NCBI RefSeq assembly: GCF_009914755.1
Contig: NC_060936.1
DNA from: the human T2T-CHM13v2.0 reference genome, Homo sapiens
DNA length: 64,000 bases
Reading direction: 5' to 3' (one strand)
Shown here: one piece after another, positions 25,610 through 40,653 of the stretch
How positions within the stretch are numbered: position 1 is the stretch's first letter
Layout: every line of letters begins with the position of its first letter
Notes under the pieces: model-generated
Seen by the model: only the letters and a program-made list of their open reading frames with translations
The model's database searches: none
What the model was told of the DNA's origin: nothing
Translations under genes and position numbers: made by a program

Positions 25610-28600
25610 GCAGAGAACTGGAAAAAGTATCACTTCCATCCTAACACAACATCAAAGTGGGATAAACTACAAAATAATAGTTTCTTGAACACATCAAAGA
25701 GCTGAAGTTGCAGAGAAACCAATTAGCGTGAAATCAAAGGAAAAACAGAGTCCTGCAAAGCGAGAAGAAACGTGAGTAATGGCTCAGTTGCAGCAGGAGG
25801 AAGAGACTCCAGGTGCCATGCCAGGAGACGATGGTGGAAAAGGTGGAAAAGGTGGACAACTCTGAAACACCTAGGGGGAATTTGGCGATGCCATAGAAAC
25901 TAAGAAAATGCCAACAGAAATGCTAGAAATAATATAATCATGAAAACTCACAATCAGAGATGAAGAATACCTTCAATAGGCTGATTTATAGATTAAAAAT
26001 GACTATGAACAGAATCAGTGGTAGGAAAGTAGGTCAATAAGAAATTATTAATAATGGAAATACTGAAAAAGAAGACAACCAAGAAAACAAACGGAACAGA
26101 GCATTGAAGACCCTCTGAGGCAATATGAAACAGTCTAGCATACTTGCAACTGGAATTCCAACAGGAGGGGAGAGGAAAACAGGAAAGAGGAGCTATCTGA
26201 AGAGGAAACATGTGATGATTTTCCAAAAGTCATAAAAGATTCAAACCACAGACCCCAGAACCTCAGAGAATCCCAAGCAGGATAAATAAATTTTAAGGGA
26301 CATCTTGACACATCATGTTTAAACTTCTAAAAAAGAAAAAGAGAAAATGTTGAGGGCAGCAAAAAAAAAGACACATTACACACAAAACAACAAAGAAAAG
26401 AATTTCAGCAGACTTCTTGTCAGAAGCTATACAAGCCAGAAGGCAATGAAGAGATATCATTAAAGTACTGAAAGGAAAATCATCAACCCAGAATTCTATA
26501 CCCAGTAAAAACAGCTCTCAACAATGAGGGTAAAATAAAAATATTTTCTGAAAAGTAAAAACTGAAAATGCATAACCATCAGACTTCTGATATAAGATAT
26601 GTTAAAGGAGAGTCTTCAGACAGAAAGACTGTGTTACAGGCAGAAATGAATATCTGCACAAAGAACTGAAAACTTCCGGATGTGATTAAAATGTAGGGAG
26701 ATATAAAATCCATTTTGTCTTATCTTGAATTGCTCTAAAAATAACTGTATGAAGCCAAAATAACAACAATGTATTTTGGGTTTATAGCATGCCCAAAAAT
26801 AAAATAAATGGCATCAGTAAAACCAAAAGTGGGAAAGAGGAATTGGAATATGCAGTTGGCAGGTGATTACACCACACGTGAAGTAGTAATATTGCTCAGA
26901 AATTAGATTGTGATCAATTAAATGCCTGTATTGAACACCCTATGGCAACCACTGCAGAATTTTTTAAAAGATAAATAATAACCCATTAGTAGAGATAAAA
27001 TAGAGTTATTAACCATATTCTAAGAAGCATGCAGAGAAAAGGGGGATGCCAGAAGGCCACAAAGAACAGATAGAACAAATAAAACATTGCTAGGAAGATT
27101 GTAGATGTAAATCCAAACATATAAAATTATATGAAATGCAAATTGTTTAATCAGACCAATTAAAAAATACAGATTGTCAGAATGAGTATAAAGTAACGCC
27201 CATTTACACGCTGTCTACGGGAACACATTATGAACACAAAGACATTAACTAGTTAAAAATAAAAGGATAGGGAAAATACACCAAGTGACCTGAAGTAGTT
27301 ATATTAATAATATAAGAAAAATAAACTTCCAAATAACCAATAACACTGGGGAAAAAGGATATTACATATTTATAAAGGAGTTGATACACTTAGAATGCAT
27401 AATAATCCTAAATGTATATGCAACTAACGACAGAACTTCAAAATACATTCAGCCACAACTCACAGAACCATAAAGAGAAACAAAAAAATCCATAACTATT
27501 AGAGCAATGTTGAAAAGGTACTCCTCTCAGTAATAGAAAATATACATAAAGAAAATTCATAAGAATATGGACTATCTGGTATGAACCAACTCATCTAATT
27601 GACATTTACAGAGCACTCCTCACAACAGCACAAAATAACATTCTATTCAAGAGCACAACAAGCATTGAGCAAGGTAGACTGCATTCTGGAAAACTGAAAA
27701 AAACTCAAAAAATATAAATGCATTAACATCCTACAAAGTATAGTCTTTGACCAAAATGATATTAACCTAAAAATCGATATCAGAAAGGTATCTAGAAAAT
27801 CCCCCAAACATCTGAAAATTTATGACAAATATCTAAATAACATGAATCATAAGGAAGTTATAAGGGACATTAGGACACAGATAAAAGAGTTCCTAGAGAA
27901 AAATGTAGACTATTAGGAACTGATGTAAGTAGAAAAGTCTCAAAAACTGATCTAATCTTCCACATAAAGGAGTAAGATAAAGAGGAGAAAATTAAACTCA
28001 AAGTCACAAAAGAAAAAATAGTATTAGAGCAGAAATCAATAAAACAACAAAATAATAAAGAAAAATCAATGAAAATGAAAAGCTGCCTCTTTGAGTTAAC
28101 AGATAAAATTCATAAATCTCTAGCCAGACTGACTGAGAAAAAAAGAGTAAAGAAACATATTGCTAATAACAGGAATGAAACAGGGAATTATCGCTACAGA
28201 TCTAAAACTACAAAAAGGCTAATAAAGCAATATCATAAACAATGTTATTTCTATCTATTTGACAATGTAGATAAAATGAACCAATTCATTAAAAAGAAAA
28301 CACTAACAAAATTCAGCCACTATGAAGTAGATAATTTGAATAATCCTGAAACTATCAAAGAAATTGAACTTACAATTTAATAGCTTCTGAAAAAAAAATT
28401 CAGACCCAGATGGTTTCACCAGACAATGTAAACCAAACATTTAAAGAAGTTCTAGCTCCAAATGTGTAGTCTCTTCCAGAAAATAGAAGGAAATACTCCT
28501 CATCTCTTTTACGAAGCCCGTAGTACCCTAATACCAAAAGTAGACAAAGACAGTATATAAAAGAAAACTACAGCAAATTTCTTTCATGAATTTAGACAGA

Positions 28601-31540
28601 AAAACCCTCAACAAAATATTAGCAAATCAAATATATCAATATATAAAATAATTATATGCCATCACTAAATTGGGTTTGACGAGGAAAATAAGGATAGTCC
28701 AGTATTTGAAAATAAATCAGTGTAATCCACCACGTCATCCAGCTTACTAAGACAAGTCAGGAATAAGTTCTAGTGGTCTAAACCACTGTAAGATGACTAG
28801 TTAACAATAATACATAGTTTAAAATAGCTAGAAGAAGGACATTAAATGCTCCCAACACACAAAAAATCATAAACATGTGAGATGATAAATATGCTAATTA
28901 TCTTGATCTGATCACTATACATTATATGTACTGAATCATCACTATGTACACCATAAATATGTACAATTATTATGTCAATTGAAAACACACATAACATTGT
29001 TTTTAAGAAGGAAAACCAGATGATCATGGCAATTGGTGCAATAGAAGTAGTCTGGCAAGGTTCAATGCCTGTTTATGAAAAAAATACTCTCAGCAAATTA
29101 GCAACAGAGCAGAACTTCTTCATTTTCACAAAAAGCATCTAAAAGAAACCTACAACTAACATCATACTTAACGTTGTAAAATGTGATGTCTTTCCCCTAA
29201 GTTTGGGAATAGAGAAAAGATGTATGCTCTCACCACTCTTATTCAACACCGTTCTGGGGACCCTGGCCAGTGCAATACACAAGGGACAGGGAAAAGGGAA
29301 AGAAGGAGGGGTGTGGACAGGCATAAAGACTGAAAAGCAAGAAACACAATTATATTCAAAAATGACATGGTCATGCATGCAAAACATTAACAGATGTCTC
29401 ACAAAAAAATTACTAAAACAAGTGAGTTTAACACATAAGGTCAACATACAAAACTCAATTGCATATCTATAAAATTGCAATAAAGAATTATAAATTCAAA
29501 TTTTTTAAAGAATATTATTCCCCAAAGCACCCAAAAATCTGGAAGACCAGTAGAAATCTAAAAACTACGTGCAGCATCTGTAGGCTGAAACTAAAACAGT
29601 GCTGATAAAAATCAAAGAAAACCTAAATAAATTGTCAGACATACCATGTTTATGAACTACAGAACTCATTATTATTAAGATGGCAGTTCTCATTATCATT
29701 GAGGTGGATTTTCTGCAGGTTCAATACACTTCCAATCAAAATCCCAGCAAGATATTTTTGTTTTTATTTGCTTTAGAAATTCACAAGCTAGTTCCAAAAT
29801 TTCATTTCAAATCAAAAGATTTAGAATAGACAAAACATTTCTGAATAAGAATAAAGTTAAAAGTTTCACATATCTGATTAGCATTTCAAGATGTCTTCTA
29901 AAGAAAATTAATCAGGACAATGTTGTATTGGTGAAAAGACAGAGACACACATGGGGGAACAAAAGAGAGCTCAGAGTATATCTACCATATACGGTCAGAC
30001 AACCTTGACAAAAATGTAAAGTCGATTTAAAAGAGAAATAACAAACTTTACAATAAATTATGCCAGAGCAACTGGATACTCAAATGCAATAAAAGTGAAT
30101 ATTGACCTATACACCCCACCATACACAAAAATTAACCAAGACTGGATTATAGACCTCAATGCAATAAAATCTGTAACAGTGTTTATAAAATTAGAGACAG
30201 GATCTCGCTCTGTCACCCATGCAGGAGCACAGTGGCTCAATCGTAGCTCACTGCAATCTCAACCTCCTGAGCTAAAGCGATCCTCCCACCTCAGCCTCCC
30301 AAGAAACTAGGACCATGGGCATACACCACTATGCCTGGCTAATTTCTTGATTTTTTGTAGAGACGGAGTCTCACTATGTTGCCCAAAATGACACAACTAT
30401 TAAACTTATGGAAAAAGCACAAAAAAGAAATGCTTTATGACATTTGGTTTGGCAAAGACTTCTAAGATATGGCAATATCAGTTACATAATAGAAAAGAAG
30501 ATAAACTGGATGTCTTCTAAATAAAAAGTCTTCTCTGCAAAAGACATGTTAAAATAAACAACATGCTATAGACTGAGACAAAATATTTTCAAATCATGTA
30601 TATGGTTTAAAGACTTGTCTACAAAATAAACAAACAATTCTCAAAACTGAATAGTAAAGCCACCCAAATTATTTGGCCATTTTAAAATATCAAAAGGATT
30701 TGAACAGATATTTTACCCAAAAACATCTACAGATGGCAAATAATCACACTAAATGCCACTCAACATCATTAGTAATTAGGGGAATGCAAATTAAAATCAC
30801 AATGAAGTACCACTACACATGTATTAGAATGGCTACAATAAAATTACAATATGAAAATATCAAGTGTTGGCAAGAATGTGGAACAGCTGGAACCTTACAC
30901 ATTGCTGGCAGAAATGCCAAATGGTTCAACCATTTTGCAAAATAGTTTGGCAGTTTCTTATCATGTTAAACACACACATCTCATGTGACCCCAGCAAGGT
31001 CATCCCTGGGTATTTACCTACATACCTACCAAGAAATGAAAGCATGTGTTTACACCAAACCCTGCACACAAATGCTTATAGTGGTTTCATTCATAACAAC
31101 CAATACTAACCACTCTGGTGTCTTTCAGATAGCTAATGGGTAAACAAACTCTGGTACAACCATACCATGGCATACTACTCAGTAATAAAAAGAAATGAAC
31201 TACCAGCATACCAACAACTTGTAAGAATATTAAATGCATTAGGCAATGTGAAGTAAGCCTAGCCCAAAAGGCTACATAGTGTATGACAGTTTATTTAACA
31301 TTCTGGAAAAAACAAAACTATAGGGACAGAATCAAATGTGTGGTTCCCAGGGGATGAGGAAAAAGAGAGGGGCCCATTATCAAGGGGCAAGAGGAAACTT
31401 TTGAGGGTTACAGAAATGTTCTGTATCTTGATTTTGGCAACGGTTACCAGACCATATGTATTTCTCAAAATTCACAGAACTGTTCAATAGTAGAGGGAAT
31501 TTTACTCTATGCAAATTATACTTCAATTAGCCTGACCTTC
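25610..31540 (+). mobile_element. Degenerate, near-full-length ancient L1 (L1MC/MD-like) with nested L1MA 3' fragment (~28760-29010) and partial antisense Alu (~30190-30385)
   Basis: A-rich plus strand; ORF1-like CAACCCAGAATTCTATACCCAG; ORF2 remnants in the ORF track (LARLTEKKR...; LSPLLFNTVLGTLASAI; YTKINQDWIIDLN; SLVIRGMQIKITMKYHYT); many stops and frameshifts. Confidence 0.9.
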
Positions 31541-31644
31541 TCCACTCACCATATCTTCTTATGTGAGTCTAATGTGTAGCCAGAGTGCAGAATCACTGCC
31601 TCAACCTTTGTACACACAACAGATGGCTTCCCTTGAAGGACCTG

Positions 31645-31830
31645 CTCCAGGGTTCTCAACCTTGATTGCATATCAGAATCACTTTGGGAGCTTTGAAAAC
31701 TACCAATGCTTGGAACTGATCCTGGCATATTCTGATGTCATTGGTCTACACCGTGGCTCAGGTGCTGACTGGACTGTTGCAAAACTCTAGAAATGATTCT
31801 AATGTGTACCCAAGGCTGAGAACCACTCGT
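31645..31830. mobile_element. MER5-like hAT-Charlie MITE
   Basis: GGTTCTCAACCTTGATTGCATATCAGAATCAC...GATTCTAATGTG...GGCTGAGAACCACT. Confidence 0.75.
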
Positions 31831-32941
31831 GTAAAAACAATGGTCTTCCCACACTACTGCTCCTGCAACTCCTAATAGAACACTTTTTAAACTCTGTACC
31901 CACTTGCAAATTTCAAAAGTGGTATCTAATATTTTTCATCCAGTTTCAATAGTTGCTAAGGATGAAGTTTCTAGTGTATTGTAAATCTTGACATTTTAAA
32001 ATGAAACTGTTACATCACTCTTTTAAATGTATCCATTGGAATATAAATAACAGAATGGCTTGACACCCACGACCATCCACTTATAAAACCCATGAAAAAC
32101 TCTTCACTAATAAGAAATGTTACTTTGTTCCATTTTCTCCTTGAACTCATGTTTCCATTCCAGTTATTTCACAGAATTTTAACCTAATGTAATAACCTTG
32201 AAAGTAACTGTCCATTACCTTATTATGTCTTCTTACCACAAAAATGTATGGTTATATATTGAACTTAAACTTTTTAAAGTTTCTCCTCACTGTAAGATTC
32301 TCATTATGCAAAAATTTCTTTGGATTGGTGTCATTACAATTATGACTGTTACACAATCAAAACAATGAAAGGTAAATACATATATAACACATTTTAATAA
32401 ATACCTTTTAAGATAAAAAGTATTTTTTATTGCAAATGTATCTCTTAATGGGCTATGGGATGGTAGTGTTAAGCTCCTTGATTAAAGGAATTGTCTAATT
32501 GTACTTTTGCAACTGTGGAGGCTTTTACATCTGAGGGGAATGAATCATAGTAAGACCGGAGATGGAAGAGAAGTGTCTTGCTATTGTAAAATCAAAGAAC
32601 TGTGTGTGAGAGAGAGAAGACAGAGGATGAACAGGTGATTTTGAATTAACCTGGACAGATCATAAAATATACAGAATATCAGAAAATATACAGACGTTAA
32701 GGATGTAAAACAAATTCCCTTTAAAACATCCCCATTCCCAAACTCCTAGGAAGGTCTTTGCATCGCCCCTCCATTCATATAATGTAGTTTAAACAGCACT
32801 GATCTACATAAATAACCTAACAAATCATTAAACAATCCTTCACACTAAAGGTAAATAACTTGGTATTGCCATGCATCGCCAGGGCCAGGGAGAACACAAA
32901 TGAGGGAAGCTCTTAGGAGTCAAGAAACACAGGGCACTCTT

Positions 32942-33311
32942 TGATATGGTCTGGCTGTGTCCCCACCCACATCTCATCTTGAACTGTAGTTCCCATAACC
33001 TCCACGTGTCGTGGAAGGGACCCGGTGGGAGGTACCTGAATCATGAGGGTGGTTACCCCCATGCTGCTGTTCTCCTGATAGTGAGTCCTCACAAGATCTG
33101 ATGGTTTTATAGAGGCTTTTCCCCCTTTTGCTGGGCACTTCTCCTTGCTGCTGCCATACGAAGAACATGTTTGCTTCGCCTTCCACCATGATTGTAAGTT
33201 TCCTGAGGCCTCCCCAGCCATGCTGAACTGTGAGTCAATTAAACCTCTTTCCTTTATAAATTACCCAGTCTCGGGTACGTCCTCATAGCAGTGTGAGAAC
33301 AGACTAATACA
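32942..33311 (+). mobile_element. THE1 MaLR solo LTR
   Basis: TGATATGGTCTGGCTGTGTCCCCACCC...GAACAGACTAATACA; perfect 5-bp TSD CTCTT. Confidence 0.93.
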
Positions 33312-34658
33312 CTCTTGTATTTCATATCCCTACTTTTGAAAGAGATCTGAGTATAGAGAACTATTTCTCCACTCTAAGAAACACATGAGTTAAAACCCAG
33401 TGATCAGTAACCAGGGGGAAAACATAAAAACAGCACTGGCAGGAGGAGAGGAGCCTGTGCAGACCGCCCGCCCCTCCCTGTCTACCGTGGAGGCAGCTGC
33501 TCAGCTGGAGTGAATTACTCACACGTGGCAATCCCAGGCTAGTGCTGCTCCTACCTCCAGAGAAGCAGGAAAATCCACTTCTATGAAAGTCCTCTGGTTT
33601 CAAAATATTGACAAGACATTCACAGTGCAGCCACATTAAACATATTTGTAAGCCACAGTATAACACTTGACATTGTCTGCCAATCACAAACCACACCTCT
33701 GACATCAAAGTACATAAAGAAACTGGATGACAAAATAAAATTTTCCTCTCTATTTGTTGAACACATATTGCCCCATAGCCTCCACTGCTGCGAAGTTCGG
33801 TTCCTACCCTTTTGATTCACGTGGCACCACTTTAATTTTAAATTATAAAATAATAATAATAATAGTTTCCTTTTCCTATCAAAAATCTCTTTAACACATG
33901 CAAACAATTCTAGGAAAATTACTTTAAGATAGTAAAAAAATGTGACATTGGGTCCAAATGCAAGCTGCAAGTTTTTGTTCTTTCCAAAGTTTAAATATCA
34001 GGCTATCTATAATATCAGCATATCTAGGAAATCATTGTCCTCATTGTCTTAGGGTTGCATTTATCCAAACTACAGGCAAAAAACAACTCCCTAATGTATT
34101 CTCCCTAATTAAGTAAATCAAGCAAAAACTCCTTATTGGAATCAGATATGCAGAACTTAACGAGATAAGGCAGAACTCATTTGTAAGCTGGGATTTTTTT
34201 TTAACACAGCTGTACTCAAAATCACTGTTTTCCCTCCTATTGTTGACACTGTTCCCCTGAAAATGTAAATAATATTATTTGAGCTGTTCTCTCTCTTTCA
34301 ATAGAATTCTCAGTAGTTTTACTGATCTCACATTTCAAAATATTGAATGCTTGTAAAATAAGCAATTGTGTGTTTTGATGCTTGCTTTTAACAGCACATA
34401 ATGCAAATATTTAATCACAACAGTAATTTCCATTGTGCATAGTTTTTACATCTAATTAAGGACTCTGAAAAATTACAATCATTGAAAACAAAAGCTTACA
34501 TTTCATTTACACAAACACCCAAAGGATAGAGTAACTTCTCCAGGAGGGTAAAATTCTACTGAAGTCACTATTGAGGCAACAACATAAAGCCCTCTTTTTG
34601 GTTAAATATTAGAGAAAATTTGAATATTTGAATCTTAGATTAAAAATTATAACAGCCC

Positions 34659-34958
34659 TGTCTGGGCGCGATGGCTCACACCTGTAATACCAGCACTTTG
34701 AGAGACCGAGGCAGGAGGATCACCTGAGGTCAGGAGTTCAAGACCAGCCTGGACAACATGGTGAAACCCCATCTCTACTAAAAATACAATAAAAAAAATT
34801 AGCTGGGCATGGTAGCATGCATCTGTAGTCCCAGCTACTCAGGAGGCTGAGGCAGGAGAATCACTTGAACCCAGGAGACAGAGGTTGCAGTAAGCCAAGA
34901 TCACGCCATTGCACTGCAGCTTGGAGAGCAGAGCAAGACTCCGTTTAAAAACAAAATT
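34659..34958 (+). mobile_element. Alu
   Basis: Dimeric Alu; TSD TAACAGCCCT. Confidence 0.94.
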
Positions 34959-34974
34959 CTAACAGCCCTAAGGG

Positions 34975-35810
34975 TGGACTGTTGCTGTCCTGTTAACCAC
35001 CCGGTACCCACTACCTTCTCTTTGGTAACAGTGTCCCAACTTGTTTTCCATAATATAACTCTTCCCCTACTTTCATACCACGTGATTCAGGTAGGTCCTC
35101 CCTCCAGGCTCTAAAGTGAGCTGGTTCTATTTATTTATTGCATAAGTTTAAGCCAGTCATCATAACTAGCCCATCCTTCTGGCCACAGTGACTTGAGTCG
35201 GGGAAGTCCCAAGAAGCATTATGGTCTTATAAGAGGCAGGCCCAGAGCTTTGATGGAACTAAGAGAAACGTTCTTTCTTTTTACTAAAGTTAGGATAAGA
35301 TGTAATTCTGAGCTAGGAAGCCATTTTGTCTAGATGAGGGAGAGTGTCTGAATAGAACACAGGAAGGACAGCTAAGAGATTCTAGGTCCGTAGAGCCTCA
35401 CTTGAGCACCTGGATCAAGCCTTGCCTGATGCCATTTTTGTCCCCAGAATCTCAGTTAAGTGAACAAATACGTCTCCTTTTGACTGGTAGTGTTGACCAG
35501 ATACCTATATGTTCTTCTACGTTCCCCAGTCCTCTCTGCAGTTGGATGGCAGTCACGTTTCCAAATGCCAGCCAATGAGATGTGGGCAGAAGTAATAGAG
35601 CCCACATCTGGATGTTAAATGCATCCTACATGGTCCTTGAACCCTCCTTTCCCCAGTTGTGCTGACCTGGACTCTGAGTGAACAACAAATGAACCTTTCC
35701 CATATTAAGCCACTGAGACACCGGCATTACCTGTTCCTGCAGCACAGCCAACCTGGCCTAACTAATGTACCCCTTAGGCAATTTGAGAATTTCCTCTTCA
35801 CCTGCTACTA
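34975..35810 (+). mobile_element. Nested old MLT1 LTR fragments
   Basis: TGGCCACAGTGACT, CTGGATCAAGCCTTGCCTGA, GCCAATGAGATGTGGGCAGAAGT, TTAAGCCACTGAGA motifs. Confidence 0.55.
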
Positions 35811-38800
35811 AAATATTATTAGAAAAGTTTTCCTTAAATCCATGAAATGAGCTGGAACTCTTCCATTTAATCCACAGTTTCTTGGACATTATCTTATAGT
35901 TTGCTTCAGATTCTAAAGAAAGATCCTTGTAACGGAAGATCTGCTTTGCTTTTTCTCTTTATAGCATCTGTTCAATGCTGACCAGGACAGTAGTCCAGAG
36001 GCCTTTGGGATGACAAAAAAAGGAACAGTTCTTCCTCTTGAGGGCCTCCTGTTCAAAGAAACACAAAGAATACTTTGAAATGCTAGAAAAGTAAGAACCT
36101 ATCTAGAAAAATCATAACCAAATCAGCCATTTATTGAGTATGCATCTGTCAATATCATGAACGGGAATGCGAGAAACACAAAATTAGGATCCTTGCATCC
36201 TTTCCTAGAAGCCTCATGAAAAGAGAAACATGACATGTACGAGATATTCTAACGTGGCTTTTTGCAAGGTCAATAGTATCAAAAATCAACTTTAATAAGA
36301 TGAGTATTTCTGTGAGTATGATGAGTATGAAGATTGGCACACAGAACACCAGTTCTAGGTCCCTTCTGGAGTAACTCCTTGAATCAAAGAAGCCCCAGTC
36401 CTATAAATTGGATGTGCAGGGATCTCTCAGAGCTTGGGTTTTTGGCCTGGCCTAGGTCCTGTTGAGCAGGTGCATCCATCTGGAACTTGGCGCAGGGCAG
36501 TGAGTGACATGAGGCCATGGTTTCACATGGGATCCGCCCTGCTTACATATTCTAGAGTGCTGTCTTTGGTTATTTACGGGTAGTCCTGCCGGGCCCTACA
36601 CCATAGGTGCTGAAAGGAAGGCAATGGTACTATTGGGATTGGGGCCAGAATAGGAACACACTGTGGCTGGGAGTTCCCACTGGCTGCTGGTGTTCCTGGC
36701 ACCCAACCCTGGCTCCCTGGTACTCAAGGAGTCTAGCTGCTACCTCCTATGCTCTAATAAAACTGTCTCTACCACAGTGGGATCTGTTGTCAGCAGTGAA
36801 GACCATGACCAACACAGAAGAAGCACAATTGTGGAAAAGAGATTTCTAAAGAGTTACACGAAAGCCAAAAATGTCAGTCCTTCCTCACATCACGCAATCA
36901 GCGAATTCTTCTGCAGCTGTATTATACAGCTTGCCAGAGATATTTATCACTGTCCATGCCTCATTTTCCCCCACTAGACTCTAATCTCATGAGGGCAGAG
37001 TTAATCTCATATTCATCTCTGTATCCTCAGAGTGTATCATATTACGTTTATAATTTGTCCTCAAAATGATTGAATAAATAGATTCATACGCTTGGTTCCT
37101 TATACCTCTGATGTTTCCTGTTGAAGATAAAATACTCGAACCAAATAGATCCTAGGACGGAACGTGAAAGTTTCATGCAGGCATTAAGGCAGCAGGGGCC
37201 TCCCGAATTCCATGGAGGTCACCGAATCAGGGAACTCTCATTCCAGATGAAAATATAGAGAAACCTGTTGCCCTGACTGCTTGATAACAGCGACGCCCAA
37301 ACAGCAGGTCCTAGAGGAGCCTCCTCTTCCCCGGTGACTCGGTGGCACCCTTGCCATTCCATCTTTAAATGCATCTCCTTCTTCCTCATAACCTTGAAGC
37401 CAAAGTCTCTTTACCTCCACGTCATCTGTCCACTGACGTCCTCTCACTGGGGCCCACTTCAGAAAGCACACCTGGAAGAAACTGCTGGATGCAATTCTGG
37501 GTCCTCCTCACTGATCAGACTCAATGACCTCATCCACTCTAATCCCTCACCCCTCAAGAGCCAACTCATCTCGGGGCAAAGGACCACACTTTGACCAAAA
37601 CAGAGTTCTGGGGGCCTTGAGAGCAACATCATCAAAGAGCAAGACCTCTATTCATGAAGACTTTTGAATAGTTTTCTAGGCATACAGAAGCACTGAGGAA
37701 ATGCCGTTGGGTGCGGCTGAAATTGACACTTGCCATTGCTAAGAGCATCAGGTTCAGCGGACTGGACACTTTCAAATCCGGCTAATATCTGTGCAAAATG
37801 GTGCAGCCCTTTCAGGAAAGAACTTGGCAGCGAAAGCTCTCCTCATACTTTTTTGGCCCAGAGATTAAGTAACTGTGAGGCTATCTAAGGAAGTAACTCA
37901 AAACTTAAATTATGCACAAAGATAATTATTTCTTATAATAGTAGAAAAGTATAAATTATGTAATTGTCCAGCAAACATAGAAACTTTGAAGCCATGATAC
38001 AGACATTAAATTTATACTCATAATACATTTTTAAACATGAGGAAATACTTATGTAAACACATGAACTCGAAAAAGTTGAAAACAAATTATAGGTACCACA
38101 TAGAGAGTGAACAAAACTGGCTTAAAAATTCATAGAAAAACAACTAGAAAGAAATATATCAAAAATGTGAAGCAGTCATCTTTGGGTACTGAAATTGTTT
38201 CTTTTTACTTCTCATTTCAAAAATAATTTGAAGTAGCTCACAAAAAATAAATGCAATGGGATAAATTAAGAAGGCAAGAAAACAGACAGAACAAGGATAG
38301 AAAAATCAAATAAAGCCAAGGAAAAAACTTATTCACAGGAGGCCTGTCTTAAATTCCCATCCTTACAAACAGCAAATTTAGCTCTGAGAGTCCTAAAAGT
38401 TAAAGCAAAGCTAAACAGGTGACCACTTATAAACTTCACAGTGCTCTCTGGATAAAGTATAAACTATTTCCCAGGATTAATGCAGCTGTTTTTCTCCTGA
38501 TACTAAGGCCCAAGAAAATTTTCTCCAACGTGTCCTAGAAGAGGAAAAATCTATGTTTAATAGACAATATTCTTAAAACATCTCTACCAATCTTTCTTGA
38601 CTATCACTCAATACTGTCTAATAACCTCATGCCAAAGTATAATTCAATTTAAAGGATTTTATGAGAGTCAAATTGCCTAGCTTTCTACTTTTCTGGCTTG
38701 ATCTGAGTGAACAGATGGGCCGAAGGATATTTCTTCTTCTTTCTCTCCTCCCCTCTTCCCTTCTCCTCCCTCTCCTCCTCCTCGTTTTTTCTTACTACCT

Positions 38801-39117
38801 TTATGGACATTCTATACCTTTCATAAATGCACTTGCATAACTGTAAAATTTGGATTTTTTTCCCAAGTATTATTACTTATTTCCTAAGTAATAATAGGAA
38901 TTACTTAACTAAAACACAATCTCTATACACGCAGGCCACATCATCTCCCCATCATTTATGGCTACAAGCAGCTGTGTTGGAGATGCTACAATTTGTTACT
39001 AGGAGCCCAGAACCCTGGGCCATCCATGCCTTTGTAGTCTTTGCTTGGACACATTCAAAATGGACACACTCACGAAGTGGCCTGATTTATGCATAATGGC
39101 GCCTGTTTTAAGGACTC

Positions 39118-39418
<301 letters not shown>

Positions 39419-40298
39419 TAAGGACTCCTTTTTGTTGACTTGGGCTAGTTATTTCAGATTCCTGTACCTCAATTTTTGCCTCTGTAAAATGGAGATGCTA
39501 CTACACAAAGGATGGTGGTGAGGATTTCATGAGTGAATGAAAGTACAACATTTAGAACCCTGCCTTGCCTAAATGAGCATTCGATCAATGATAATAAAAA
39601 TCAGGATTATGATTTCTTTTGAGTAAGAAGCTCTCCCACCCTCCCCACCCTACCCACCCTGCTCAGCTTCCATCCATTCACAGGACCTTCCTCTGGTGTT
39701 CCAGCTGGATCTGCTTATGCTATCTGAAGCCACAGAGACAGGCACATCCTTCTTTCAAAAGACAGACATCTCTGTAGTTAAAAGAAGTCATCGCTTTTCC
39801 AAGTCAAACTCATGGAGTTTCTTCAATATTACTTGCTATGATAAGGGGTCTAGGTTTCTCATTTTCTGAATGAGTTAAAATTTTCCATTTTTCCCCTTCA
39901 GCAGAAGGAGACCAATGTAGCACAATTCTCTGGATTTGATATCATCCATCCATTGCCAATGCAATATGGTGAAAATACTTTATTTGTCCTATAAATTATA
40001 ATTGTGTGAACTGAGCCAGCAAGACAGCAGCCCTATTTTCTGTTCAGCCTTCACTCACACATCTGGAAACCACACCTGGTCCTGCCTTGGGTCCAGCCCT
40101 CCTGCCATGGGGCACTTGACCCTTGCTCCACACCTTCCCATCCCTCAGTGGATGGATCGAAGGGGAGCATGATTTTCACGCCCTACAGAGCTTATCCCGA
40201 GGCTTGTCCACAGAAATGGGAAAGAAGCCTTCTCTGATCCCCACCAGCATCAGATGAGGCTGGGCGTGAAGTCATTTGTCCATCACACTGTCCAGGCC

Positions 40299-40653
40299 TG
40301 TATTATTCTGTTCTCATGCTGCCAAAAGAGACACATCCAAGACTGGGTAATTTATAAAGGAAAGAGGTTTAATGGACTGATAGTTCCACATGGCTGGGAA
40401 GCCTCACAATCATGGCAAAAGGCAAAGGAGAAGCAAAGGCACAGCCTGCATGGTGGCAGGCAAGAGAGCGTGTGGAGGACAACTCCCATTTATAAAACCA
40501 TTAGATCCTGTGAGACTTATTCACTCCATGAGAGTGTATGGGGGACACCGCCCCCCATGATTCAATTATCTCCACCTGGTCCCACCCTTGACATGTGGGG
40601 ATTATTACAATTCAAGGTGAGATTTGGGAGGGGACTCAGCCAAGGGGATATCA
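40299..40653 (-). mobile_element. THE1 (A/B-like) MaLR solo LTR
   Basis: TGTATTATTCTGTTCTCATGCTG...GATATCA; perfect TSD AGGCC. Confidence 0.9.

Noticed and set aside
28069-31109. ORF2-like peptides as an active L1 or a host gene
   Set aside because: Short, heavily diverged fragments of an ancient L1 broken by stops and insertions.
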